A stretch of DNA of 32,000 bases from Pseudoalteromonas sp. MSK9-3. GTDB lineage: Bacteria > Pseudomonadota > Gammaproteobacteria > Enterobacterales > Alteromonadaceae. Made by a program: the position numbers and the translations under genes. A model generated the notes under the pieces. That model saw only the letters and a list, made by a program, of their open reading frames with translations. It was not told the DNA's origin and searched no databases. The DNA lies in NCBI RefSeq assembly GCF_003590335.1, contig NZ_MIET01000046.1, forward strand, positions 264,905-296,904. Reading direction: 5' to 3'. Below are positions 16,385 through 25,292 of the stretch, one piece after another (within the stretch, counting starts at the first letter, position 1; the number at the start of each line of letters is the position of its first letter).

Positions 16385-17620
16385 ATGTCAATTAATAACA
16401 AAGCACTTTCAACATATCGTTTATTAAAAGCAACAGCAGAAGTTGCTGAACAATCACTAGAAGGTCGTATACAGCATTATAGGGCCCATTTAAAGACAGA
16501 TGAGAAAGAGCTAAGAACCTATACACAAAAAGCCGCAGCTGATTTGCTTGGATGTAATAATAGAACATTAAAACGACGTCATGACCAAGGTGATTTTGAT
16601 CACCTTAGTATCCAAAAAGGTGCAAACGGGCATTACGCATACACATTGTCAAATATCTTCGCAATGGCCGAAATCTTAGGTGTAGAGGCTGATCAAAGAA
16701 AAACAGGCGATAAACTCCAAGTGATCGTTATCAATTCACTAAAAGGCGGCTGTGGCAAAACCACGTCTTTGGTGAATATTGCAGCTGCTTTAGCCACCAC
16801 AAATATTAAGCGATACAGAATTGGTATTATTGATCTAGACCCACAGGGATCATCATCTAGCTTTTTTCCGGCTAACGATCCTGAGCCGATAACAGTGGGA
16901 GATCTAATGAGAGACTGTATCGAGTTAGATGAAAACGAAACATGGGCTCAGGTTGTATCAAATGCATTTCAAGAAACGCATATCCCAAATATACGCGTTT
17001 TACCATCAGGGATGGACGATTTTTATTTCGAACATGAAACAGCCACTGAACTTAAAGAAAGCTCAGGATATGAACAGACCCGACATTATCACAAACTATT
17101 AGAAAAAGTTATTGCACCTGTTGAGTCACAATTTGATCTAATTCTAATAGATACAGCGCCCTCATTGAATTTTATGTTTTACAATGCGCTCATGGCCTCT
17201 ACAGCAATGCTCATACCAGTCCATCCTGAGGCTGTTGATTTTGACGCTAATAACAAATATCTAAAAAGACTTGGTGAGATTTATCATACAGTCGCCGCAC
17301 TTGGCCATGATGGTTGGGATTTCATGCAATTTTTAGTGACAAACTATGTTAAAGGTAACCATTCTCAAAGAGACATAGTGAAAGATGTAAGAAGTGCTTT
17401 TGGACGACAAGTTATGAGTTACCCAATAAATCATAGCTCTGCAATCACAGCCAGTTCATCATCGTTCAACACTATTTTTGATCAAAAAACATCTGATAGT
17501 TTGGCAAGCAGAGAGTCACTTGTTAAATCACAAGAAAATATTAAAGATGTTGTAGACGAACTAGAAATGTTGATCAGGTCAAATTGGTTATCCACACAAT
17601 CTTCATTAGCACAATCTTAA
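16385..17620 (+). CDS. parA: Type Ia partition ATPase ParA (long N-terminal HTH form), about 411 aa
   Basis: Deviant Walker A KGGCGKTT, plus DLDPQGS and LILIDTAPS. The ATG at 16385 has AAGGA 8 nt upstream; the ORF is open from 16325. Confidence 0.9.
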   Translation: MSINNKALSTYRLLKATAEVAEQSLEGRIQHYRAHLKTDEKELRTYTQKAAADLLGCNNRTLKRRHDQGDFDHLSIQKGANGHYAYTLSNIFAMAEILGVEADQRKTGDKLQVIVINSLKGGCGKTTSLVNIAAALATTNIKRYRIGIIDLDPQGSSSSFFPANDPEPITVGDLMRDCIELDENETWAQVVSNAFQETHIPNIRVLPSGMDDFYFEHETATELKESSGYEQTRHYHKLLEKVIAPVESQFDLILIDTAPSLNFMFYNALMASTAMLIPVHPEAVDFDANNKYLKRLGEIYHTVAALGHDGWDFMQFLVTNYVKGNHSQRDIVKDVRSAFGRQVMSYPINHSSAITASSSSFNTIFDQKTSDSLASRESLVKSQENIKDVVDELEMLIRSNWLSTQSSLAQS

Positions 17621-17636
17621 ATAGGGTCGTATAAAA

Positions 17637-18599
17637 ATGGCTAAAAAACGTAAGAACGATACCCGGTTAGATCCATTTGCAACTGCAGTTGAAGGGAGCA
17701 GTTTAGATGATCTTTTAGATCAAGCGAAAATAGGTGATGTGATCACCATGCCAGCACCTAGTGATCCATTACGTACAATCACATTAACATGCCAAGTAAT
17801 AAAATCAGCCGATATAGAAACGACTACTCAAGTTTATGGTCAAAATAGACGGGAACAAAGTTTATTGAACGAAAAGTCTGTTGCAGATATCTTACCAGCC
17901 ATAAAACACGATAAGAGAAACCTCCACCCGGCTCTGTGCTGGCAAAAAGGTGCTCAGCAATGGGTGTTATCAGGTTCAAGGAGAAGAAAGGCTTGTATGC
18001 TCGCTCAGGCTGACTATGTTGTATTGTCGTCCGCTGATTTTAATGATGATGATGCAAAAGCTCTTGCCATCTCTTCAGATCAATATATTGCACCAAGCTT
18101 ATGGGAACTAGGAAAAGCATATAGCACGACTAAACACAACTTAGTTAATCAAGGTTTGAAAGGCTCTTACCGTGAAATTGCCGCTATTGAAGGCATTTCT
18201 CACACCGCGGTTGCTGATGCTATAAAAGCTTTCGAGGTTATTCCTAAAAGTGTTCTTAGCTTATATCCAACGCCAAATCACTTAGGCAGAGAAGCAGCTA
18301 AAAAGCTCATTAACGCGATTAAAGATAATAAGTCTGCATTTGAACAACAAGTTTGTCATTTTAGTCAACAATCATTCATTAGCGATGAACAAAGCGATGA
18401 AAAACGGGCAATGCTTACAACTCAGTTTTTAACAACATTTGGTGATAAAGCTAATCGCACAGAAGCTTTGTTAGAAAACAAGTTCATTAAATTACAACGT
18501 AATATAAAAAGTGGTGATGTAACAATTAAAATCGACAATAAAGTGTTAACTGATAAGCGCCTTGAACAGCTACAAAAATTGTTAGCTGGCTATAATTAA
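17637..18599 (+). CDS. parB: Plasmid-type partition protein ParB, 320 aa
   Basis: The gene lies immediately downstream of parA. It has a GSRRR arginine patch and an HTH (YREIAAIEGISHTAVADAIKA). Confidence 0.85.
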   Translation: MAKKRKNDTRLDPFATAVEGSSLDDLLDQAKIGDVITMPAPSDPLRTITLTCQVIKSADIETTTQVYGQNRREQSLLNEKSVADILPAIKHDKRNLHPALCWQKGAQQWVLSGSRRRKACMLAQADYVVLSSADFNDDDAKALAISSDQYIAPSLWELGKAYSTTKHNLVNQGLKGSYREIAAIEGISHTAVADAIKAFEVIPKSVLSLYPTPNHLGREAAKKLINAIKDNKSAFEQQVCHFSQQSFISDEQSDEKRAMLTTQFLTTFGDKANRTEALLENKFIKLQRNIKSGDVTIKIDNKVLTDKRLEQLQKLLAGYN

Positions 18600-18616
18600 C
18601 ACCTTAAATGTTTCAC

Positions 18617-18670
18617 GTAACTGGTTGATATTCATACTTTGGTCTATAAAGGTGAACTCCAACCAGTTAC
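18617..18670. repeat. 11-bp perfect inverted repeat with a 32-bp spacer downstream of parB (candidate centromere or terminator)
   Basis: GTAACTGGTTG ... CAACCAGTTAC. It is overlapped on the left by TGTTTCACGT (18609-18618), which equals the first 10 nt of the canonical chromosomal parS TGTTTCACGTGAAACA. Confidence 0.35.
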
Positions 18671-18758
18671 TGTTCGCAACTTTATTATGACTTTACCCTT
18701 TAGCTCGTTCCTATAATTTCATATACTGGCGAAATATTTCATTTGTCATGCTGAGCTG

Positions 18759-21700
18759 ATGTCAACGCAGTTATCTAAAGAGCAATTGTTTGCTTTGTTT
18801 GAAGAAATAAAACAAGAACAAGCAACGCAATTTCCCCTTTCCGAACGATTTTTGAAGCAGTACTTTAATAGTGCGCTCCTTGTCAAAGCGAAAGAGTATC
18901 TGAATAATTCTCAAATTAGTTACTTGGATCACAGTAAAGATTTTTCACGCATTGATTCTCAAGTTTTGGGCAACTTTGGAAATACGTTTTCTCAGCATAT
19001 CAAAATTACGACAGTTAATAATTCAAAGCGTGTAGAGGCACAATGCACTTGTTCAAATAACGCAAAATGTCGACACATTGCAGCCGTTCTTTTGAAGTTA
19101 AAAATTGATCACTCAGGCGGCTTTGGCGAAGCTTATCTCGTAAATGATTGGTTCAATGAGCTAACGCAACTACAACAAAGTAATTTCCAAAGTACCAATA
19201 ATGTCTTGCTGTTTGTACTTGAACCGCATGGCAAAGAGCTATTGTTGAGTCCAAAACTGTCGCCTTTTAAACCCGATGGCGTTTATCCATTAGGCAGATC
19301 TCTTTCTGAGCAACAACTTAATAGCCATTTAGCGCCAAAAGGTGTGTTAGAAACAGACTTTAGGTTATTCAATTGGGTTCGTTCTCAAAATACCCCGGGC
19401 CATTTTGAGATATTTGGTAATTGGGGCTTTACAGCTGTTGAGCAATTGATTAAAACCAACCGATTCTATTATCAAAATAAGAGGCAGCCACTTGTATTAG
19501 GCCACCAAAAGCGGCTGCGCTTTGAGTGGCAGATCAATGACAAAAATGCGCAACTGTGCGGATTGTTGTCTCAAGTTGATAACTGGCTACTGTTAAGAAC
19601 CGATCCGCCTATGTACCTTAATACAGATGATCTGATCATAGGCCGGATCAACTCTGAATTAAACGCTCAGGAAATAGCGCACTTACAGACTATGCCACCG
19701 GTTGCACTTGATCAGCTAAATCAAGTCATGACGCGCTTTAATGATCTGTTCGCGAATGATGTGATCCTGCCTCCTGCAGGCTATAAAAGCGCTGTAAAAC
19801 CAACTCACGTTTATGCCAAGCTGAAAGGAGTGAATAACAGCCTTGAGCAGACATTAGCACTGACCATCGAAAACACCGTTGGGCTTTCCAAAGCTGAACA
19901 GGCAAAACACGTTAAGCGCAGCGAGCAAGTACTGCTGGGTTTAGGGCTGAATGCGAGTGATGGACTATTTAAATTACCCGTAAACGATGCGAATGGCGTG
20001 CATTGGTTTAATAATGAGGTTAAACCCAATTTATTAAAGCAAGGCTGGGAAGTAGAAGAGCTTACACATAAGCATCCTGTGAACTTGCCACATATAACGC
20101 TGTCATTAAAACGTGACAAGCAACACCATATCTTAGGTAAAGTGATGTTTAATAGTAAGCCTATTTTACTTGATTGGGACACCACAACACCGCTAGATAT
20201 TAATAATTTGGCTGATCATCATCAGTATGTAAAAATTGCTGAGCAATACTATGCGGTACCTACTCCAACATTTAATGAGTTGCTCACTCTCAAGCAACGG
20301 TTTAGCTATTATACGTCTGGTCAACAGTTTAAGTTTCCGCTGTCTTATGCAAAAAAAGTATTTGAGTTAAGCTCCATAGAGTCCGTAAGTAACGATGTAA
20401 GGCTGCTAGACTATTTGAAAGAGCTAGAGTTACCGATTGAGTCTAGTGCTTGTGCAACGCACAGCGATCAACAAAACTTTGTACTAAGAGATTATCAAGA
20501 GCAAGGTGTGAGTTGGCTAAAGTTTTTAAACCGTCATCAGCTCGGCGGAATTTTAGCGGATGATATGGGCCTTGGGAAAACATTACAGGTAATAGCCTAT
20601 TTTGTTGGCCAACATAATACATTGGTTACGAAGCCCTGTTTAATTGTTTGCCCAACCAGTTTGGTAGGAAACTGGCAAAACGAGTTTAAGCGATTTGCAC
20701 CGCATTTAACCTTAACAACGGTTCATGGTTCGGATAGAGAAAAAACATTAGAACACGTGCATTCAGCACGTTTTATCTTGACGACTTATCCCTTATTAAA
20801 ACGTGATCTCGCCTATTACAAAGAATTAGAGTTTGACTCTATTGTGCTTGATGAAGCGCAGTACATAAAAAATGAAACTGCGCAGGTTTCTAAGTGTGTA
20901 AAGCAATTAAATGCACAGTTTAAGTTGTGTTTAAGTGGTACGCCGGTTGAAAATAACTTATTGGAATTAAAGTCATTACTAGATTTTGTGATGCCAGATG
21001 TTCTTGGCACGAAACAACAGTTTAAGCACCATTTCCAAATACCGATAGAAAAAGAGCAAGATACAGCGCGCGCTTTAGAGCTTAAAACGCTTATCGCACC
21101 ATTTATTCTGCGCCGTACGAAAGTTGAAGTCGTAAAAGAATTACCCGATAAAACGGAGTTAGTCAAAGAGCTTGAATTTAGCCCAGAGCAGGCAACTTTG
21201 TATCGCAGTGTTCAGCTGCAAATAGAAGACAAATTAGTTTCTTTGTTTAAAGAGCAAGGTGCTCAAAAAAGTAAGCTTGCCTTCTTAGATGCGTTATTAA
21301 AGTTAAGGCAGATATGCTGTCATCCTAAGCTGGTAGATAAAGGTATGGGCAGCGAAAGTGCAAAGTTTGTATGGTTAGCCGAGCATTTACCTAATATGCT
21401 GTCACAGGGTCGCAAGGTGATTATTTTTAGTCAATTTACGTCGGTGCTTGAATTGATCTCACAGCAACTTACAGCCAATGAGATTGTGTTTACGACATTG
21501 ACTGGGCAAACCCGAAATAGAGAGCGTGCCATTAGCGATTTTACTGACGGGCATTGTGATGTGTTTTTGATAAGTTTAAAAGCAGGCGGCACAGGCCTTA
21601 ACCTCACGCAAGCAGATACGGTGATCCATTTTGATCCCTGGTGGAACCCCGCGGTCGAAAATCAAGCAACAGATCGAGCGTACCGGATAGGTCAAGATAA

Positions 21701-21863
21701 ACCTGTGTTTGTATATAAGTTGATAATGGCTAACTCTATCGAACAGAAAGTATTTAGTATGCAACAACAAAAGCAGGCACTTGTTGATGTTTTATTTGCT
21801 GATAAGAGCTTGAATTTAGGTAAGTTTGATGAACAGCAAATGTTAGCCATGCTGCAGTCGTAA
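18759..21863 (+). CDS. SNF2-family helicase/ATPase with N-terminal SWIM zinc finger, 1034 aa
   Basis: SWIM motif CTCSNNAKCRH. Helicase motifs are DDMGLGKT (I), DEAQYIKN (II), SGTPVEN (III) and GGTGLNLTQADTVIHFDPWWNPAVENQATDRAYRIGQ (V-VI). Confidence 0.9.
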   Translation: MSTQLSKEQLFALFEEIKQEQATQFPLSERFLKQYFNSALLVKAKEYLNNSQISYLDHSKDFSRIDSQVLGNFGNTFSQHIKITTVNNSKRVEAQCTCSNNAKCRHIAAVLLKLKIDHSGGFGEAYLVNDWFNELTQLQQSNFQSTNNVLLFVLEPHGKELLLSPKLSPFKPDGVYPLGRSLSEQQLNSHLAPKGVLETDFRLFNWVRSQNTPGHFEIFGNWGFTAVEQLIKTNRFYYQNKRQPLVLGHQKRLRFEWQINDKNAQLCGLLSQVDNWLLLRTDPPMYLNTDDLIIGRINSELNAQEIAHLQTMPPVALDQLNQVMTRFNDLFANDVILPPAGYKSAVKPTHVYAKLKGVNNSLEQTLALTIENTVGLSKAEQAKHVKRSEQVLLGLGLNASDGLFKLPVNDANGVHWFNNEVKPNLLKQGWEVEELTHKHPVNLPHITLSLKRDKQHHILGKVMFNSKPILLDWDTTTPLDINNLADHHQYVKIAEQYYAVPTPTFNELLTLKQRFSYYTSGQQFKFPLSYAKKVFELSSIESVSNDVRLLDYLKELELPIESSACATHSDQQNFVLRDYQEQGVSWLKFLNRHQLGGILADDMGLGKTLQVIAYFVGQHNTLVTKPCLIVCPTSLVGNWQNEFKRFAPHLTLTTVHGSDREKTLEHVHSARFILTTYPLLKRDLAYYKELEFDSIVLDEAQYIKNETAQVSKCVKQLNAQFKLCLSGTPVENNLLELKSLLDFVMPDVLGTKQQFKHHFQIPIEKEQDTARALELKTLIAPFILRRTKVEVVKELPDKTELVKELEFSPEQATLYRSVQLQIEDKLVSLFKEQGAQKSKLAFLDALLKLRQICCHPKLVDKGMGSESAKFVWLAEHLPNMLSQGRKVIIFSQFTSVLELISQQLTANEIVFTTLTGQTRNRERAISDFTDGHCDVFLISLKAGGTGLNLTQADTVIHFDPWWNPAVENQATDRAYRIGQDKPVFVYKLIMANSIEQKVFSMQQQKQALVDVLFADKSLNLGKFDEQQMLAMLQS

Positions 21864-21974
21864 AAATAATTAAAAATTATTTGAACTAACTCAAAATCAC
21901 AGGGTCTATTATTGTACTTGTTGGTAGCAATGAGTTTAACATTGATTTCCCCCTTGATTACTTATTTGTAATGG

Positions 21975-22006
21975 AGCCAGCAGAATTTGCTGGCTTTTTT
22001 GTTTTT
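21975..22006 (+). terminator. Rho-independent terminator after the SNF2 gene
   Basis: AGCCAGCA-gaatt-TGCTGGCT followed by TTTTTGTTTTT. Confidence 0.85.
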
Positions 22007-22139
22007 GCAGTTGCAATTTCTTCATTTAGAAATAATTCCACATTCTGTCCACATTGTTTCGCTTTAATAAACATATTACAACGACGCACCAAGTTAGTTG
22101 GTCTGGTGTCACTTAATTAGATCTAGAAGGCGAATACAA

Positions 22140-22337
22140 ATGTTGTGTTATGAAGAAGCACCATCGCATCTGAACTTTATTGAACCACTTTCGCAATGTG
22201 ATTATGATCTACTTGCAGAGGTTGCGACCAGCGATGATCTAAATAGCATTCTAACTATGCTATTATTTGATGAGACATTGTCTGACTCGTTGAAAAACGA
22301 CGTAAAGAATCAATTAAAAGCAAATCAATTAAAGTAA
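22140..22337 (+). CDS. Small acidic hypothetical protein, about 65 aa
   Basis: The ATG has GAAGG upstream, and the ORF ends 20 nt before the response-regulator start. No family recognised. The ORF track starts it at a TTG at 22098. Confidence 0.35.
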   Translation: MLCYEEAPSHLNFIEPLSQCDYDLLAEVATSDDLNSILTMLLFDETLSDSLKNDVKNQLKANQLK

Positions 22338-22357
22338 TTACCAATCGAAGAGAAATT

Positions 22358-23047
22358 ATGCAGCACATCCTTATAGTTGAAGATGACTTTGATATAGCAG
22401 AGCAAGTCATGTTGTTTTTTAAAGCATCTGGATTTAAAACGTCACATATTGCTGACGGTGCTGAGGTTGTGCCTTGGGTTGAAGAAAATAGCCCAGATGC
22501 GATTTTGATGGACATTATGCTGCCGAACCAAGATGGTGTGGAATGCATGAAGCAGATCCGAGCTTTTTCTATGGTGCCAATTATTATGATGACGGCCAAA
22601 GTGGCTGAATCAGATAGGTTAAAAGGGCTTGAGTTTGGTGCTGACGATTATGTGTGTAAACCCTTTAGCGCCGCTGAATTAGTAATGCGTATGAAAGCCA
22701 TTTTGCGTCGCTGTGCTCCTTTAGCAGATGCTGAGTCAGAAAAGTTGGTGAATGTCGATGAGGCGCAGTTGACGGTAACATTAAAAGGGCAATTATTAGC
22801 ATTAACGAAGGTGGAGTTTGATGTGTTTGCATTACTGTATAACGCGCCAAGCCGAGTCTTTTCGCGTCAGCAGATCCTAGATTATATTCAACCAGACAAC
22901 TTTGACATTTCAGATCGAGTCATTGATAGTCACATCAAAAATATTCGTAAAAAAATAAAATCTTTGAATATTTCTCCAAAATTGGTTGGGTCGGTTTACG
23001 GTGCCGGCTATCGCTATGATGAGCAGCAAATCAATAACAGTAATTAA
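22358..23047 (+). CDS. OmpR/PhoB-family response regulator, 229 aa
   Basis: Receiver motifs LIVEDD, DIMLP and TAK are present, with a C-terminal winged-helix ending GAGYRY. Confidence 0.9.
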   Translation: MQHILIVEDDFDIAEQVMLFFKASGFKTSHIADGAEVVPWVEENSPDAILMDIMLPNQDGVECMKQIRAFSMVPIIMMTAKVAESDRLKGLEFGADDYVCKPFSAAELVMRMKAILRRCAPLADAESEKLVNVDEAQLTVTLKGQLLALTKVEFDVFALLYNAPSRVFSRQQILDYIQPDNFDISDRVIDSHIKNIRKKIKSLNISPKLVGSVYGAGYRYDEQQINNSN

Positions 23048-23103
23048 GTGATAACCGTGATGCTCTCAGGTATTATTAATTAAAAATATTACCTGAGAAC
23101 ATT

Positions 23104-24567
23104 ATGTTAGACGCGCTTTTTCCTCACCTTTATTGGTCGCATGTCGCCGTGTTTTTTTCGGCTATTATCTGCCCTTTACCTTTTTATTTTCTCAGTCGTC
23201 AAAAACTCAAGACACAGTTTTCGGTGCTAGAGCAGCAACATCTTCACAGTTTAAACTCCAATGAACAGCTGGCGCTTCAGCAACAGTCATTGCAAACAGA
23301 GTTACAGCAGTTACAGGCAGAAAAAGTTCAATTACATGGTCATTGTCAGCAATACCAAGCTAGGTTGTCTGAGAAACAATCTCAAGTTGTTCAATATCAG
23401 GAGTTATGGCAGCGCAGTGAACAAAGCCTGTCAGAAAACCGTTCAAATACTCACCAGTTAGAACTTGAGTTAAACGATCTGAAAGTGACGTTAGAGCAAA
23501 AACAACTCAGTTTTGATGCACAAATTTCACAGTTGGAGAACTCTAAAAACCTTTTAAAACAAGAATTTGAGAATATAGCAAATCAAATTTTTGAAGAAAA
23601 GACCACGCGTTTTAATCACCAAAGCCAAGAGAAATTAAATCAATTACTCAAGCCTGTTCAAGGTGAACTGAAAGGGTTTAGAGATAAAATGGAAGCTATT
23701 CACAGCGAAGAGTTAAAGCAACGCGCTGCACTTAAAACTGAGCTGCTGCATTTACAAGAAAACAATAGAAACATCACCGAGCAAGCACACCAACTCACCA
23801 GTGCGCTGCAAGGACAGAAAAAAACGCAGGGGAATTGGGGTGAGCTGATGCTTGAGAATGTGCTCGATAGTGCAGGCCTTCGTGCGGGCTATGATTATAA
23901 GCGAGAGGTGTCGTTTACCACGGATGAAGGAAAGTATCGGCCTGATGTAGTGGTATATTTGCCTCAAGAGCGTCACCTAGTGATCGATGCGAAAACATCA
24001 CTTAATGCCTACACACGATATGTTAATGCAGACTCTGAGCTAGAAGCAAGTGATGCGCTCGTTGCTCACTCTCAAGCGGTAATTGCTCGGATCAAAGAAC
24101 TGGGTAGTAAATCTTATGAAAGATTACCAGGACTAAACTCACCAGACGTCGTTATTATGTTTATTCCGATAGAGTCAGCTTTTGTTGAGGCAATCAAGCA
24201 TATGCCTAATATGTATCAACATGCATTAGAGCAAAATGTATTGGTGGCCACACCAACAACCTTATTAACGAGTATGAATATTGTTAAGCAGTTATGGCGT
24301 TTTGAAGAGCAGAGCAAACATAGTAGAGAGCTCGCATTAAAAGCTGAGAAATTTTACAACAAACTCAATAGTTTTTTGCACAGTATGGAAGGTGTTGGGC
24401 GTCAGTTAGATAAAGCCAAAGAAAGCTACGACACAGCCTTCTCGCAGTTGTATCATGGGAAAGCTAATTTGATAAAACAAGCATCAGAATTTAAAGAGTT
24501 AGGTGTGTCTGTGAATAAAGAAATGCCAAAAGAACTGGTAGAAAAGTCTAAGTTAGAACTTGAGTAA
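23104..24567 (+). CDS. rmuC: DNA recombination protein RmuC, 487 aa
   Basis: N-terminal TM segment, long coiled coil, then an RmuC nuclease-like core (NWGELMLENVLDSAGL, RPDVVVYLPQERHLVIDAKTSL). Confidence 0.88.
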   Translation: MLDALFPHLYWSHVAVFFSAIICPLPFYFLSRQKLKTQFSVLEQQHLHSLNSNEQLALQQQSLQTELQQLQAEKVQLHGHCQQYQARLSEKQSQVVQYQELWQRSEQSLSENRSNTHQLELELNDLKVTLEQKQLSFDAQISQLENSKNLLKQEFENIANQIFEEKTTRFNHQSQEKLNQLLKPVQGELKGFRDKMEAIHSEELKQRAALKTELLHLQENNRNITEQAHQLTSALQGQKKTQGNWGELMLENVLDSAGLRAGYDYKREVSFTTDEGKYRPDVVVYLPQERHLVIDAKTSLNAYTRYVNADSELEASDALVAHSQAVIARIKELGSKSYERLPGLNSPDVVIMFIPIESAFVEAIKHMPNMYQHALEQNVLVATPTTLLTSMNIVKQLWRFEEQSKHSRELALKAEKFYNKLNSFLHSMEGVGRQLDKAKESYDTAFSQLYHGKANLIKQASEFKELGVSVNKEMPKELVEKSKLELE

Positions 24568-24592
24568 TATGAGTGAGGCTTTTAAATCGTCA

Positions 24593-24611
24593 ACCCCCTT
24601 TACAAGGGGGT
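24593..24611. terminator. GC-rich hairpin between convergent rmuC and the 172-aa gene
   Basis: ACCCCCTT-tac-AAGGGGGT. There is no clear U-tract on either strand. Confidence 0.4.
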
Positions 24612-24653
24612 GATTAAATATAGAAAAATATAGAAGAGGATAAAAACAACGAG

Positions 24654-25172
24654 TTAGGCGTGACTATTTGGGTTTTGACACTGCGCAAAATTGCCTTTTC
24701 TAGGAGAGTCGACATATAAGTTAATATACAACTCACTTTTATTGATATCTAACCACACTCTGCTGCTGGCTGGCGGACATAAAGAATGTTTAATATAGCC
24801 TTCGAGCTCCTTTTCATTCATAGAGAGCTTTTGTGGAATGCTGATAAAAATATTGACCTCGCCATCATCGAATTTAGCTCTTTTAAACTGCCAGCTACCC
24901 ATCATAAATTGTTTTGAGAAATAACGAGATATTTTATTTTGGGCAGTCACATCTAACATTGCACCTTGTGCCTTAGTCCCACCGGAAAAATACATCCATG
25001 CACTGGCAAGAATAATAAAGCCACCTAATAGCATTGAAATGAACGGTACGTTCATTTTATTATTTTTTGGCGCATTCTTACGTGAGCTTTTACGTAATGA
25101 TTGCTTTTTTTGCTCCGTGCGTGATTCTACAATTTTTACCCAATCACCGTGTTTGATTGTTCGCTGTGTCAT
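24654..25172 (-). CDS. Hypothetical membrane-anchored protein, about 172 aa
   Basis: A strong GGAGGG RBS precedes the ATG at 25172 (the ORF track extends to 25214). One TM segment (FISMLLGGFIILASAWMYF). No family recognised. Confidence 0.7.
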   Translation of the reverse strand: MTQRTIKHGDWVKIVESRTEQKKQSLRKSSRKNAPKNNKMNVPFISMLLGGFIILASAWMYFSGGTKAQGAMLDVTAQNKISRYFSKQFMMGSWQFKRAKFDDGEVNIFISIPQKLSMNEKELEGYIKHSLCPPASSRVWLDINKSELYINLYVDSPRKGNFAQCQNPNSHA

Positions 25173-25292
25173 AATTACCCTCCAAGATTCTATATGCGTA
25201 TTACAGCAATACAATGTGGAAGAAAAATGAAGTGAACCGCTTAATATAGGGCTTTATAGCCCGAAACTGGTTGGATGAGTAAAATCGTTAAC

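Noticed and set aside
21553-21567. Reverse-oriented near-match to the Ter-like motif (ATTGTGATGTGTTTT, 12/15) inside the SNF2 gene
   Set aside because: It lacks the G/C pair equivalent to position 6, lies within coding sequence, and would block the main fork if functional. It is probably a chance match.
23065-23097. 8-bp inverted repeat CTCAGGTA..TACCTGAG just before the rmuC start
   Set aside because: The stem is short with a 17-nt AT loop. It could be a weak terminator of the response-regulator gene, but the support is too weak to annotate.
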